Assembly: GCA_000004985.1 (NCBI GenBank)
Contig: GG738852.1
From: Naegleria gruberi
Taxonomy: Eukaryota
Reading direction: 5' to 3' (one strand)
DNA length: 64,000 nucleotides
Below are positions 22,230 to 31,971 of this stretch, piece after piece. Position 1 is the first letter of the stretch; every line of letters starts with the position of its first letter. The position numbers were made by a program, and so were the translations under genes. The notes below the pieces were generated by a model. That model had not been told where the DNA came from. It did not search any database and was given only the letters and a program-made list of their open reading frames with translations.

Positions 22230-24062
22230 TTATGGAAAGACAAAGGTTTGAGTGTTGTCAATGTTGAGAGATTTGTGGATTTTTGGATTGCCCTTCTTTA
22301 AGGAATAGAAAATAGGGAGTGATTCAGTTTTCAGAGTCAGTTGACCTCTTTCATTTTGGTAAATTGGAATACAGAGTTCACAATTTGATGCTCTCGCATG
22401 GAAAATCATTTGACATTCTGAATCGTCATTATTATCCAAAGAATAGACCACTCTTCCATAATTTAAACACTTGTAAACTGGCACTGGATGAGAGTGCATC
22501 ACATTTTCAATATCCAATCGATACATTTGTTGATTGTAGTTGTATCTTGGTAGTGGTGCAGTATTAGTCCAAGTATTTGCAAAGGTTCCCTCAAAATAAA
22601 TCACCTTCCCACCCATTTCATCGTATTCAACATGATGTGAGGGATTATAGAAATCATGCTTTGTAAACTTGTGTGAAACTATTTTTGTGGCATATTTGAA
22701 TGGTCCTAGTGGTGTTTCTCCTTCACTGTAATAAATCTCACCGAGAATGGATGGTGAGCTATTGTCTCCAAATTGTTCCAAAATCATAATGTACTTGTTT
22801 CTGAATTGATTGAAATTAACAGTTCCTGCATGAGCGATTATTTCCTTACCAGTTTCATGATCAATTAGATCAATGAATTTTGCTTGTTCCTTTTTAATTT
22901 TTCCCATCAAAACTAAATTCATCATTTGTTCGGCTGAAATAGGAGAAGTAGTCGATTTCCAATCATATATGAGTTGACCTGATGTTTCATTAAAATCCAA
23001 TTGAACATTTGAAAGATTGTACGAGTTAGTATTTGCTTTCAGTGGTGTGTAGGACTGATACGAGCTCAAATCTTGATAATTTCTTGTCCTTACGAGTGGA
23101 AATGGTTGACCAAAATAAATCCAACCATCCAATGATTTCACTCCTTTTCTATGAGCTACCACATGAGAACCATCAATTGGAAATGAAAAAAACTTTTCAA
23201 ATGCAATTTCAGAAATCAAATCAAATTTCTCCTTATCATCATTCCATTTCAATAAACCTCTCTTTGTGATTTCCAATTCTTGATTCGGTTTCATGAATGT
23301 GGCAAACATTTCGTCCTGTCTTTCGTCCACATAGAGTGCATGTATCCAGGTTGGTAAATTCAAAGATTGCATTGGAGCCACTCCTTTAACAAATCCATTT
23401 GTATTTCTAAAGTAGGTAATATTTGGAATGATTGATAATCCAAACTTTTGTAACTGTTCTACAGGTGTGAAACCTCCACTTGCTTGAAAATTTCCCAAAT
23501 AATACGAAATTGAATTGGTATCTCCATAAAACCAATAATATTTTCCCTTATAGATTGCATTCATAACACTGTCTTGACCAGTAACTTTTGAATTTAACAG
23601 AAATCGTTCCTTGATTGTTTCTCTGTTGACATTTGGCACATCAACATGAGCCACAAACGATTCTCGGAATATTCCTTCACCAGTCGATCTGTACAATCTC
23701 TCTGCAAGCTGCTCTCTCTTCATCAATAACTTTACAGATTCATCATCCGTATAGAGCAATGAAATTCCTTGAAATTCATCAGATTTTACCAATTGATAAC
23801 CATCACATTGTACTTTCAACCAAATAATTTGATTTTCGTAACCTGGCTCGAGAATTAGCACTATACCATTCGAATCACTCACATAGCTCACTTCATTGGT
23901 GCTTGTTGCCATGACCATGGGTATTCCCCTTCTGGTTTCTGCATCTAGAAATTGCAGAGTTAAAGCATGGACGATACCGAACCATAATGATGAAAATAAA
24001 ATCATCATGATGATTACGATCGTGAGAGAAATTGGGCGAGTTTGATTTTGTGTTGAGAACAT
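22230..24062 (-). CDS. Hypothetical secreted/type-II membrane protein (about 610 aa) with an N-terminal signal-anchor
   Basis: The likely ATG is at 24062 (MFSTQNQTRPISLTIVIIMMILFSSLWFGIVHA). The ORF is long and uninterrupted, with no introns detected. It has Trp/Tyr-rich motifs (GKYYWFYGDTNSISYY) but no domain I can name with confidence. Confidence 0.45.
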   Translation of the reverse strand: MFSTQNQTRPISLTIVIIMMILFSSLWFGIVHALTLQFLDAETRRGIPMVMATSTNEVSYVSDSNGIVLILEPGYENQIIWLKVQCDGYQLVKSDEFQGISLLYTDDESVKLLMKREQLAERLYRSTGEGIFRESFVAHVDVPNVNRETIKERFLLNSKVTGQDSVMNAIYKGKYYWFYGDTNSISYYLGNFQASGGFTPVEQLQKFGLSIIPNITYFRNTNGFVKGVAPMQSLNLPTWIHALYVDERQDEMFATFMKPNQELEITKRGLLKWNDDKEKFDLISEIAFEKFFSFPIDGSHVVAHRKGVKSLDGWIYFGQPFPLVRTRNYQDLSSYQSYTPLKANTNSYNLSNVQLDFNETSGQLIYDWKSTTSPISAEQMMNLVLMGKIKKEQAKFIDLIDHETGKEIIAHAGTVNFNQFRNKYIMILEQFGDNSSPSILGEIYYSEGETPLGPFKYATKIVSHKFTKHDFYNPSHHVEYDEMGGKVIYFEGTFANTWTNTAPLPRYNYNQQMYRLDIENVMHSHPVPVYKCLNYGRVVYSLDNNDDSECQMIFHARASNCELCIPIYQNERGQLTLKTESLPIFYSLKKGNPKIHKSLNIDNTQTFVFP

Positions 24063-24130
24063 TTTTTTCTGTGGGATGTGTGAAATGTGAAAAGTAATGT
24101 AGTTCATTTGTGAAAATATCTTTATGTTCT

Positions 24131-25726
24131 CTAAATGTAACTATTGCCAGTTGTGTGAAGTTCTTCATTCGAAATCTTTCCAATTTTTATACCTGATTGA
24201 GTTTGTTGTAAACAGTAAAAGATAGGTAAGCCACATAGAGCATATCTCTTTTCAATGACTCGAGGAATGAGAGCTTGATCGGTTGGTGGTGCAAGTCGTG
24301 CTTTCTGAATTGAACTGTTACCCAATCGATTGCATTGAACAATTATTCTATCTAACATGGAATAAATGTTAGGTATCGAGACGAAACCAGCATTGGTAAT
24401 TTCAGTAACCATGGAAAATGGTAAGAAGACTCGTTCAACTCTATGTCCAAAGTAGACACTTCCAACACTATTTGCATCTATTTTGGCAGGGTTATTGTTA
24501 AAATCTAGAGTGAAAATAATTTCCTCAATGTCATCTTTGAGACTCCATGAAGATATTGGATCTTCTCTTTCGAAATACGAAAGTCCAATATTATTTCCAA
24601 TCTTTTGGATAAAGCTCTCGAATGCATAGTATCCTCTGCAAATAAATAATCTCTTAGTTGTGACAACATAGGTCAATAATAATTTACAATATAGCAACTT
24701 GTAGGTGAAAGCATAAATAATCAAAAATAAATAAAGAATTATGAAAAGGTAATATAACAGTAAGTATGCTGAAATGATCAGATACGAGCTCGAGTCATAA
24801 TCTTCAATCTTGTGGGAAATATAGTCAATTGGTACATAACAAGCAATGCTTGTAACTACAACTCCAAATATAAACATGATAATGACATTCTTTTTAAATG
24901 ATGAGGCAGGAGTTTCAATATGAATGATGGATTCTGAACTGTCAAGAGTAATTCCTTTTGGAATATTTGCAGCAGAAGAAGAATTCAAAAGTGTTCTTCT
25001 TTCTCTTCTTTCGTTATTATTTACATATTCCTCAATTGAGTTTTCATCATCCTCCTCATTAATGTCCGAAACTGATGCACTCAATAAATTTCCCTCCTCA
25101 AAATCTTCATTCAGTAAATCAGGTGAATAATAAATTTGTTGATTCTGTGGACGTAACATGTGAATGAATGAATTTGAGAAATTACTCTCCAATCTCGGGG
25201 TAGAAACAGAATTATTCGAACTACTATTATCACCTTCATTGTTTCCTTCTCCTCCCTCTGCTGGTTGAACAACTTCCTTGATGAGTGCATTGAAATTTTT
25301 GGCAAACAAATTCAACTTGCTTTGCATTTGTTTGTTTACCCATGATGAGAAGACCTTCAATCTTCCCAATGGTTGATTGGATGCATGAATAAAACTCTTC
25401 GATTTACTCAATTTACCAATAGTTGTAGATGCACTACTTGTTGTTGGTAATAATTCTTCTTCTTCAATAGTACTAGTAGTATCATTGTGATGATTACTCT
25501 CAAAGATTGTTCCTGCTGTTGATGTTGATGAAGAATGGCTCAATCTCTTACTACTCACAACAGCAGTATTTCCTTGAAGATCACTGCTGTTGGTTTCCAA
25601 TTCACCATCATCCTCCGATTCTGCATGTATTATCGGATCGTTCGTGATGGGAGGTGTTTGTTGTTGATTGTTGTCGGATAATACAGTGGATGATGGAGTA
25701 TTGCCCTCTATCTGCAATGTGGCCAT
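24131..25726 (-). CDS. Hypothetical membrane protein (531 aa)
   Basis: ATG at 25726. A long Ser/Thr/Asn/Glu-rich low-complexity N-terminal region is followed by two hydrophobic helices (VIIMFIFGVVVTSIACYVPIDY; YLIISAYLLLYYLFIILYLFLIIYAFTY) and a globular C-terminal region of about 200 aa. Confidence 0.45.
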   Translation of the reverse strand: MATLQIEGNTPSSTVLSDNNQQQTPPITNDPIIHAESEDDGELETNSSDLQGNTAVVSSKRLSHSSSTSTAGTIFESNHHNDTTSTIEEEELLPTTSSASTTIGKLSKSKSFIHASNQPLGRLKVFSSWVNKQMQSKLNLFAKNFNALIKEVVQPAEGGEGNNEGDNSSSNNSVSTPRLESNFSNSFIHMLRPQNQQIYYSPDLLNEDFEEGNLLSASVSDINEEDDENSIEEYVNNNERRERRTLLNSSSAANIPKGITLDSSESIIHIETPASSFKKNVIIMFIFGVVVTSIACYVPIDYISHKIEDYDSSSYLIISAYLLLYYLFIILYLFLIIYAFTYKLLYCKLLLTYVVTTKRLFICRGYYAFESFIQKIGNNIGLSYFEREDPISSWSLKDDIEEIIFTLDFNNNPAKIDANSVGSVYFGHRVERVFLPFSMVTEITNAGFVSIPNIYSMLDRIIVQCNRLGNSSIQKARLAPPTDQALIPRVIEKRYALCGLPIFYCLQQTQSGIKIGKISNEELHTTGNSYI

Positions 25727-25940
25727 TTTTTAACGTTCTTGTTACTTATTAATAGTGGCTGGCAAACCATCAAGAGAAGTAATTTATCAAACAAGTAAGT
25801 TGGCTATTTAATTTTCTCATTATTGCCTCAATTCCTTTAATAATCACTTCTTTGTGATTGTTTAAAACCGATTCCGAGAATTTAAAATTAATTCCATGAT
25901 GAAGTTTGCTGATTCAATCAAAATTTAAAACTTTAAAAAA

Positions 25941-26162
25941 ATGTTTTCAAGACTTTTTAATACCATCTTCCCAAGGTCGAGAGTTACCGGAAGACGTCCA
26001 TTCCTTGCTGCTTCACTCCTTTTTGGTGCCTACATGGCTGCTACATTACCAGTTAATCGTACTGGTGGAGAAGCTACTGGTGCTGATATTGCACAATCTA
26101 CACTTGTTTCCGATCAACTTGCTGATGATTCTACTAACGAACAATTCTCTAAGAATAATTAA
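25941..26162 (+). CDS. Small (73 aa) single-TM protein with a presequence-like N-terminus; possibly a small mitochondrial membrane subunit
   Basis: MFSRLFNTIFPRSRVTGRRPFLAASLLFGAYMAATLPVNRTGGEATGADIAQ... Third codon positions are C-rich (highly-expressed-type bias). The N-terminus is basic and hydroxylated, and one hydrophobic helix follows. The function is a guess. Confidence 0.4.
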   Translation: MFSRLFNTIFPRSRVTGRRPFLAASLLFGAYMAATLPVNRTGGEATGADIAQSTLVSDQLADDSTNEQFSKNN

Positions 26163-26351
26163 TAATTAGAATTAATTTTGCCATCATTTTACTATCAATT
26201 ATCAATCAATATATTGTGCAAATTAATTTTCGGAATTTATGAAGAATTAATAGCAACAATTTACTTTTTGGAAATAACTCTATCCTTCTTCCCTATCCTT
26301 CTCCCTACCTCCCAATCATCAATGACAATAAAAAACAAATAATTTATAAAT

Positions 26352-28490
26352 TTAATATTCTCTATTGAGGAAAGCATCAAGAGATAATTGTCTTGGATCA
26401 TTGTTTGGACCCTTGACAGGTTTTACAGATTTCACATAAATAACTTCATCATCATCATCATCTGACATGTCATCAGCAGCAGTTGTGGAATCAGTCTTAG
26501 TCTTTTTTGAAGACTTGCTACTGTCACTTTCTTCAGATTTACGTTTCTTTGGAGATTTGGCATCTTCACTAGTGGAGCTCTTCTTTTTAGGAGAAACCAT
26601 AGTTTCTGATGTTTTTCTTTTAGGGTTAGCAGGAGCTTCTGGATAAACACAATCTAATCCCTTCTTTGTGCATGTAAGACATGATGGAATATGTCTGCTA
26701 CACTTCTTGTGAGATTTTTTGCAACAGAGGCAAGAAAAATATGACAATTGTTCTTCAGAATTCTCAGTTTCTGATGATGAACTAGATGCTGTAGATTTCT
26801 TATCTTTCTTAGATTTGCTACGTTTTTCAGAAGCTTTTTCTTTTTTACCTGCAGATTTCTTATCTTTCTTAGATTTGCTACGTTTTTCTACTTTTTCTAC
26901 TTTTTCAACCTCACAAACAGATGTATCAAGTCCTCCAACCTCAAAATCCATCTCGTTTGGTATTGAGGAAGGAGTGGTAGAAGTTGGCGTAATTAAGGAG
27001 ATGGTTTCAATAGCCTTATCAGCTGAATTGCTATCGGGATTTTTGGTAACATCCAAAGTAAGTTGTCCTTTTTCATGTTTTTCATTCTTTTTGGTTTTCT
27101 TTTCAGCTTTCTTTTCATTCTTAGTGTCAGATTTTTGCTCGGATTTCTTTTCAGTCTTGTCTTCAATCTTATCCTCCACCTTCTTTTCAGACTTATTTTC
27201 AGTCTTGTCATCTACATTCTTATTATCTTCATCATTCTTCTTATTTTTTCTATTTTTCTTCGTTTTTTTGTTTTCTGTTGTTGGCTTTTCACTCATTTCA
27301 ACATCTTTTGTCTGTTCGAAAGGCTTTTCTTGTGGGCTTTTCACTGATTCTTGAGAGCTTATTTGAGAATTATCCTTTGAATTTTCCTTGTTCTTCTCTT
27401 TTTTCGACTTTTTGTCCTGTGTCGCCTTATTGTTTTGAGATGATTCCTTTTGCTCCTTTTGTACCTCTGTTGTTTTTGGTTGCTCTTTAGTTTGTTTTTC
27501 TGTGATTTTTGGTTGCTCTGGCTTCTCTTGAGAGCTACTTTGTAATGTTCCATTTGTTGGTTGAGTAACATGTTGATTTTCTATAGCCTTTTTTGATTTT
27601 TCATCCTTCTTTTGAAGATATCTTGGTTTATCCTTAGGCTGTTCCTTTGGTTGGATTTTTGGCTTTTCTTGTGAGCTTGCCACTGATTCTTGAGAGCTAT
27701 TTGGCAAAATTGCGATTGGACTTTCTTGTTGTTTCTGTGAGGTTCCATTTGGTTGGGCTAGAGGTTTCTCTTGTGTAACTTGTTGGATAGTTGGTTTAAT
27801 TGACTCGATTATATTAGATTTGGCTATTATTGGGGATTCCTTAGACAGCACGATAGCAGCTGGTTCAGGTTGTGAAATAGTTTCAGGCTTATTCTCGACG
27901 GAAGCAACAACTGGATTAAATTTTGCTTTGAAACTATTTTCTTTTTTGTCTTTCATTCTACCCTTCAGTCGGGAAACTAATTTGTTGAAGGTTTTGACTT
28001 GGCTTGGTGGTGTAGATGATGTTGTAATAATACTAGCATATGCATTTGTAGAGTTCGTAGCATTTGTATTTGAACAAGTTGTAGTGTTTGATGATTCATT
28101 AGAAGCTTGTTTAGGTGTTTGTTTTTTTGGTTTCTTCTTCACTTCCTCGGAATCTGATTCACTCTCATCGCAATACATTGACTCCCAATCTTCTTCTTCA
28201 TCTTCCGAATCATGATTTATACTAAAATCCTCATCCTCTTCCTCTCTATATTCTGTTGGCCTTGAAATAATGTCATCTTCATCACTTGATTCATCCACAA
28301 AAAAATCATCATTTAATACATCGTCATCCTCCTCGTCCTCCATTAAATTTAAAATGCTCGGATCCAATAAATCATCACCATCATCCTCCTCGTAAACTAC
28401 TACTGTCTTGGTCTTCCTTGGGGATTCAGCCTTTCCTTTGTCTTTACTGATTGTTTTACCGGAGAGTGTTTTCTGGACGGTCTTTGGCAT
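26352..28490 (-). CDS. Low-complexity acidic/Lys-Ser-rich nuclear-type protein with a Zn2Cys6 binuclear-cluster-like motif
   Basis: 712-aa ORF with ATG at 28490. It has an acidic N-terminus (DEEDDDVLNDDFFVDESSDEDD), then a long K/E/S/T/Q-rich region. Near the C-terminus is CLCCKKSHKKCSRHIPSCLTCTKKGLDCVY, which is C-x2-C-x6-C-x6-C-x2-C-x6-C. A bipartite NLS-like KKRK follows. Confidence 0.55.
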   Translation of the reverse strand: MPKTVQKTLSGKTISKDKGKAESPRKTKTVVVYEEDDGDDLLDPSILNLMEDEEDDDVLNDDFFVDESSDEDDIISRPTEYREEEDEDFSINHDSEDEEEDWESMYCDESESDSEEVKKKPKKQTPKQASNESSNTTTCSNTNATNSTNAYASIITTSSTPPSQVKTFNKLVSRLKGRMKDKKENSFKAKFNPVVASVENKPETISQPEPAAIVLSKESPIIAKSNIIESIKPTIQQVTQEKPLAQPNGTSQKQQESPIAILPNSSQESVASSQEKPKIQPKEQPKDKPRYLQKKDEKSKKAIENQHVTQPTNGTLQSSSQEKPEQPKITEKQTKEQPKTTEVQKEQKESSQNNKATQDKKSKKEKNKENSKDNSQISSQESVKSPQEKPFEQTKDVEMSEKPTTENKKTKKNRKNKKNDEDNKNVDDKTENKSEKKVEDKIEDKTEKKSEQKSDTKNEKKAEKKTKKNEKHEKGQLTLDVTKNPDSNSADKAIETISLITPTSTTPSSIPNEMDFEVGGLDTSVCEVEKVEKVEKRSKSKKDKKSAGKKEKASEKRSKSKKDKKSTASSSSSETENSEEQLSYFSCLCCKKSHKKCSRHIPSCLTCTKKGLDCVYPEAPANPKRKTSETMVSPKKKSSTSEDAKSPKKRKSEESDSSKSSKKTKTDSTTAADDMSDDDDDEVIYVKSVKPVKGPNNDPRQLSLDAFLNREY
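26793..26888. repeat. Direct repeat of a 36-nt unit (2 copies, about 60-nt period) inside the coding sequence 26352-28490
   Basis: agatttcttatctttcttagatttgctacgtttttc occurs at about 26793-26828 and again at about 26853-26888. On the minus strand this encodes the duplicated peptide RSKSKKDKKS. Confidence 0.6.
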
Positions 28491-28705
28491 TTTTTTTCAA
28501 GTGAAAAACCTCCAAATTTTGTTGGATTTTATTTAAGAAATTGCAAAGAACAAGAAACTTTGTGCTCTGTTACAATGAAAATAAATGTTTTGTGATGATG
28601 AAACAAATGATCCGAATGATGATGAAAATGTATTATTTAGTATTCTTCAAAGATTAAATATTTTGTTTATTATATTAAAGAATATTAATAATTATATTAA
28701 AAAAA

Positions 28706-29333
28706 ATGTTGTACTCGTGTTGCATCTTTAACCGTTCGGGAGATTATATTTTTTATCGTGAGTGGAATACATCCGATAAATATAAAAAGCAAAGTGAATC
28801 AAAGCTCAAGTCACAAATGAAATTGATGTATGGTTTCTTGTTTTCCATGAAGAGATTTGCTGAAGGAATTTCACCAAAACCGTACGTTTTTTATTAGTAG
28901 TAGATTTTGTGGATGATCATTGAATATAATTATAATAATATTATTGTTATTGATAATTGGATGAATAATGTTTTGATACGGATCATGATTATTTAATTAT
29001 TTAAATTTAAATAATAATATTTATTGTGGATGTTGATGATGGATTGGATCGGATGATAATTTCTATCAAATTAGAAATTCACAATTCCAAAGTTTTAAAA
29101 CAAATAATTACAAGTTACATTTCTTTGAATCTCCCACTGGTCTCAAATTCATCTTAATGACAGATCCTAATGTTGGAAATATTGAAAATATCTTGCAGGA
29201 AATTTATTCAAAACTCTATGTGGAATTAGTTGTTTTCAACCCAGTTGAAAAGACACAAGATTTAATCACCAATACTCTTTTTGTGAAACATTTGGACAAG
29301 TATTTGAGCCAACTTCCATGGTTCTCCAATTAA
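28706..29333 (+). CDS. TRAPPC1: TRAPP complex subunit 1 (Bet5); 2 exons
   Basis: Exon 1 (28706-28881) encodes MLYSCCIFNRSGDYIFYREWN...KLMYGFLFSMKRFAEGISPKP. The 193-nt intron (28882-29074) starts GTACGT and ends TTAG. Exon 2 (29075-29333) encodes NSQFQSFKTNNYKLHFFESPTGLKFILMTDPNVGNIENILQEIYSKLYVELVVFNPV... The two exons total 144 aa. The match to Bet5/TRAPPC1 runs the whole length (KLMYG.LFS...F.T..YKLH.FE.PTG.K..M.TD). Confidence 0.8.
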
Positions 29334-29542
29334 AATTGTACTATAACATGATGAATTATGCACTCAACACAACACAGCCCCCTTCTTTTTTGACAATGTA
29401 CAGACCAAACAAATCTCTATAAATTATATCACATCATACATTTCATCACTATTCTCAACAACTAGTCCATTAACTTACTCTCATTATTTCAATGACCAAC
29501 TCTTCACGTGTTACATGTTACAAAATGTGCTGAGATGTCCAG

Positions 29543-30988
29543 ATGAACTTCCATCTCCAAAATGGAATGCAATTCAACGATGCAGAGATCACTTCTCAAC
29601 TCTCAAAGATTCAGCACAACAAAAAAATGAGCTTCTTTTCATCATTCTTCGGAGGGAATAGTTCTACCAACCAATCTTCGGATCCATTACAAGTTAAACT
29701 TAATGAATTAAATAGTAAGGTAGGTTTTAGTATGATAGTACAAATGAGGTGGAGATTTTTGTTCTGTATAATTGTATAATATTATACAATATTATTCTTT
29801 GCAATTGTTATCCTTTATTAATAATAATAATAATTGATATCGTCATCGTCATCATTGCTAATGTGTGTGGATGGAATTTTATAACGTTTATTTTAGGCTG
29901 ATAAAGTAGTACCACAAATTGATAATAGAAGAACCATTCAGGAATATTTTCAGTTTGGAGCTAATCTGATTAGACAGGCTGGGCAATATAAAAAGAGTGA
30001 GGACTATGAAAATGCTTATATTTATTTGAAGGCCTTTGAAATTTTGATTTCTAATCGTATTCCTTATCATCCACAAATTGAAATGAGTAGAGCGGAATAT
30101 AATTATAATTTAGAGGTATAGTATCAAACCGGGGTAATAATATTAATATATTTATTGAACTTTGTATAGAAATTGAAACAATTCCAACCAGAAATTGAAA
30201 AAATCAAACAACAATTGAAAGTCCAATGCACACCTCAACAAAAAACTCCATCATTCAATCCTTATTCGAATGAAACCAACTCCTATCCTCAACAACAACA
30301 ACAATATCCACCTCAACAACAACCTCAATATTCGCAACAATACATTCAACCACAACAACAACAACAGTACAATAATCAATCAGGTAATAGAAAATCACTC
30401 CCTCCTCTTCCACCTAACATGATGACAACAAATAATACTCAAATTGTTTCAACTCAAAAGAGAAATCTACCACCTCCACCTTCATCTTCTTCAGGATTGA
30501 CAAAACAAGAAGCTGTTGTTTATAACTCTGTTGGAAATGTTGTTTACAATGATAAATTCCAATCTGCTATGGGAAATCAAGTTGCCAACATGGCTCAAAA
30601 TGAAAAGATCCAAACTGCTGTTGCTACAGGTGTTGCCACAGCATCAACAAACAGAAATATTCAGAGAAGTGTAGGTGATGCTATTGCATCATCGAGTGAC
30701 AGCTATATGGTTCAAAGTTTGGCAAGAAATGAATCAGTTCAACAAACAGTAGGTGTAGTGGTTGCTAACACTGTAGGAAACAAGGAAGTTCAACAAAAGG
30801 TTGGCTCCTACATTGCTAAAGCAGCCACCAATAAGGAAGTACAACAAAAGGTTGCTAAAGGGTTCATGACTCTAGTCAAGGGCACAATCAAGGGAGGTCA
30901 AATTGTTGGAAAGGCAGCTATTGACGGAGGTAAAGTTGTAACTAAAATGGCCATTGAAGAAGGAAAGAAACAATATAACAATCAATAA
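29543..30988 (+). CDS. Hypothetical protein of about 400 aa with an AMSH/USP8-N-terminal-like (MIT-like) helical domain, a Gln/Pro-rich linker and C-terminal amphipathic repeats; 3 exons
   Basis: Exon 1 (29543-29719) is followed by a GTAGGT intron. Exon 2 (29897-30115) encodes RRTIQEYFQFGANLIRQAGQYKKSEDYENAYIYLKAFEILISNRIPYHPQIEMSRAEYNYNLE, which resembles the N-terminal helical domain of AMSH/STAMBP/USP8. A GTATAG intron follows. Exon 3 (30170-30988) is poly-Q and Pro-rich, then carries NKEVQQKVG-type repeats. No JAMM or USP catalytic domain is present. All junctions are phase 0. Confidence 0.45.
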
Positions 30989-31114
30989 TAGATCATTGAT
31001 TTTCATCACCTTTTCCATGCTACCCTACTAGATGTAATTTCAAAATAGATAAATCATGATGTACATTAAAAGAAAATGTTTATTTTCAATTCGGAGGGAA
31101 AATATTTACACAGC

Positions 31115-31429
31115 TTACTTGTTTTCATTGATAACATCCAAGAGGGCATTTGGGTTAGCACCGACAACAGACTTAATCTTTTGACCACCCTTGAAGAAGA
31201 GGAAAGTTGGCATAGCTTCAACAGAGTAAACTGAAGCAGATTCATCATTGATATCAACATCAACCTTCAAGAACAAGACAGTGGTGTGAGTCTTGGACCA
31301 TTCTTCAATGGTTGGAGCAATTCTCTTGCAAGGACCGCACCAAGTAGCAAAGAAATCGACAACGACGAGTCCTTCGTGTCCTTCAATCAATGATTTCAAT
31401 TCAGAGTGAGAATCAACTTGTTTGACCAT
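31115..31429 (-). CDS. Thioredoxin
   Basis: 104-aa ORF with the WCGPCK active site and the full thioredoxin fold (VVVDFFATWCGPCKRIAPTIEEW...VEAMPTFLFFKGGQ). Single exon. Confidence 0.9.
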   Translation of the reverse strand: MVKQVDSHSELKSLIEGHEGLVVVDFFATWCGPCKRIAPTIEEWSKTHTTVLFLKVDVDINDESASVYSVEAMPTFLFFKGGQKIKSVVGANPNALLDVINENK

Positions 31430-31971
31430 TTTGTGTGTATGTAATATTTTTTTGTATTATTATTATTAATTGATTTCCGTTATGCAGGCTTAAGGATCTT
31501 TTAAGTCCTGACAGAGAGGCGGAAACAAGAACATGAAAATTTTAAAAATATGCTCAAGTACAATCAACGAATTAAACCGCACGATCGCAAGGATGTGCCG
31601 AAATACTTCCAACCGACCAACTAGTAAGCGTGAACGAACAAGTTCTTTTGGTTCATCAACACAATTGATTGAGGCACTAATTGGTTTTTCATTGTGTTGT
31701 AAAATTTACATTTATGAACCTTACGAAAAGAGGATTAGTACTTATTGCGTTATACTAGTCTGATTGAGGAGGTTTTAGAAGCAAATCACATTGTTTATGC
31801 TCAATAATTTTTTCAATGTTTGGTGGGCAATTCTAGAATTGCAGGAAAAAACAAGTTTCAACCATTTAGTTATAAAATTATAGAGCTAATTTCAAAAAGA
31901 AACTCAACTTCGATTTATAAGGTTGTCTAATAATAATAATAATCGTAAATAGTAGGAATAAACAATTATTG

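Noticed and set aside
26719-27354. A 211-aa + strand ORF and other ORFs antisense to the Zn2Cys6/low-complexity gene
   Set aside because: They are antisense reads of a K/E/S repeat region, which gives F/L/S-rich pseudo-proteins. There is no independent support.
31490-31530. ACAGAGA-containing stretch upstream of 31533, considered as a possible U6 snRNA
   Set aside because: Only the heptamer and a GCAAGGATG fragment match. The invariant U6 core (GATTAGCATGGCCCCTGCGCAAGGATGACACGCA) is absent.
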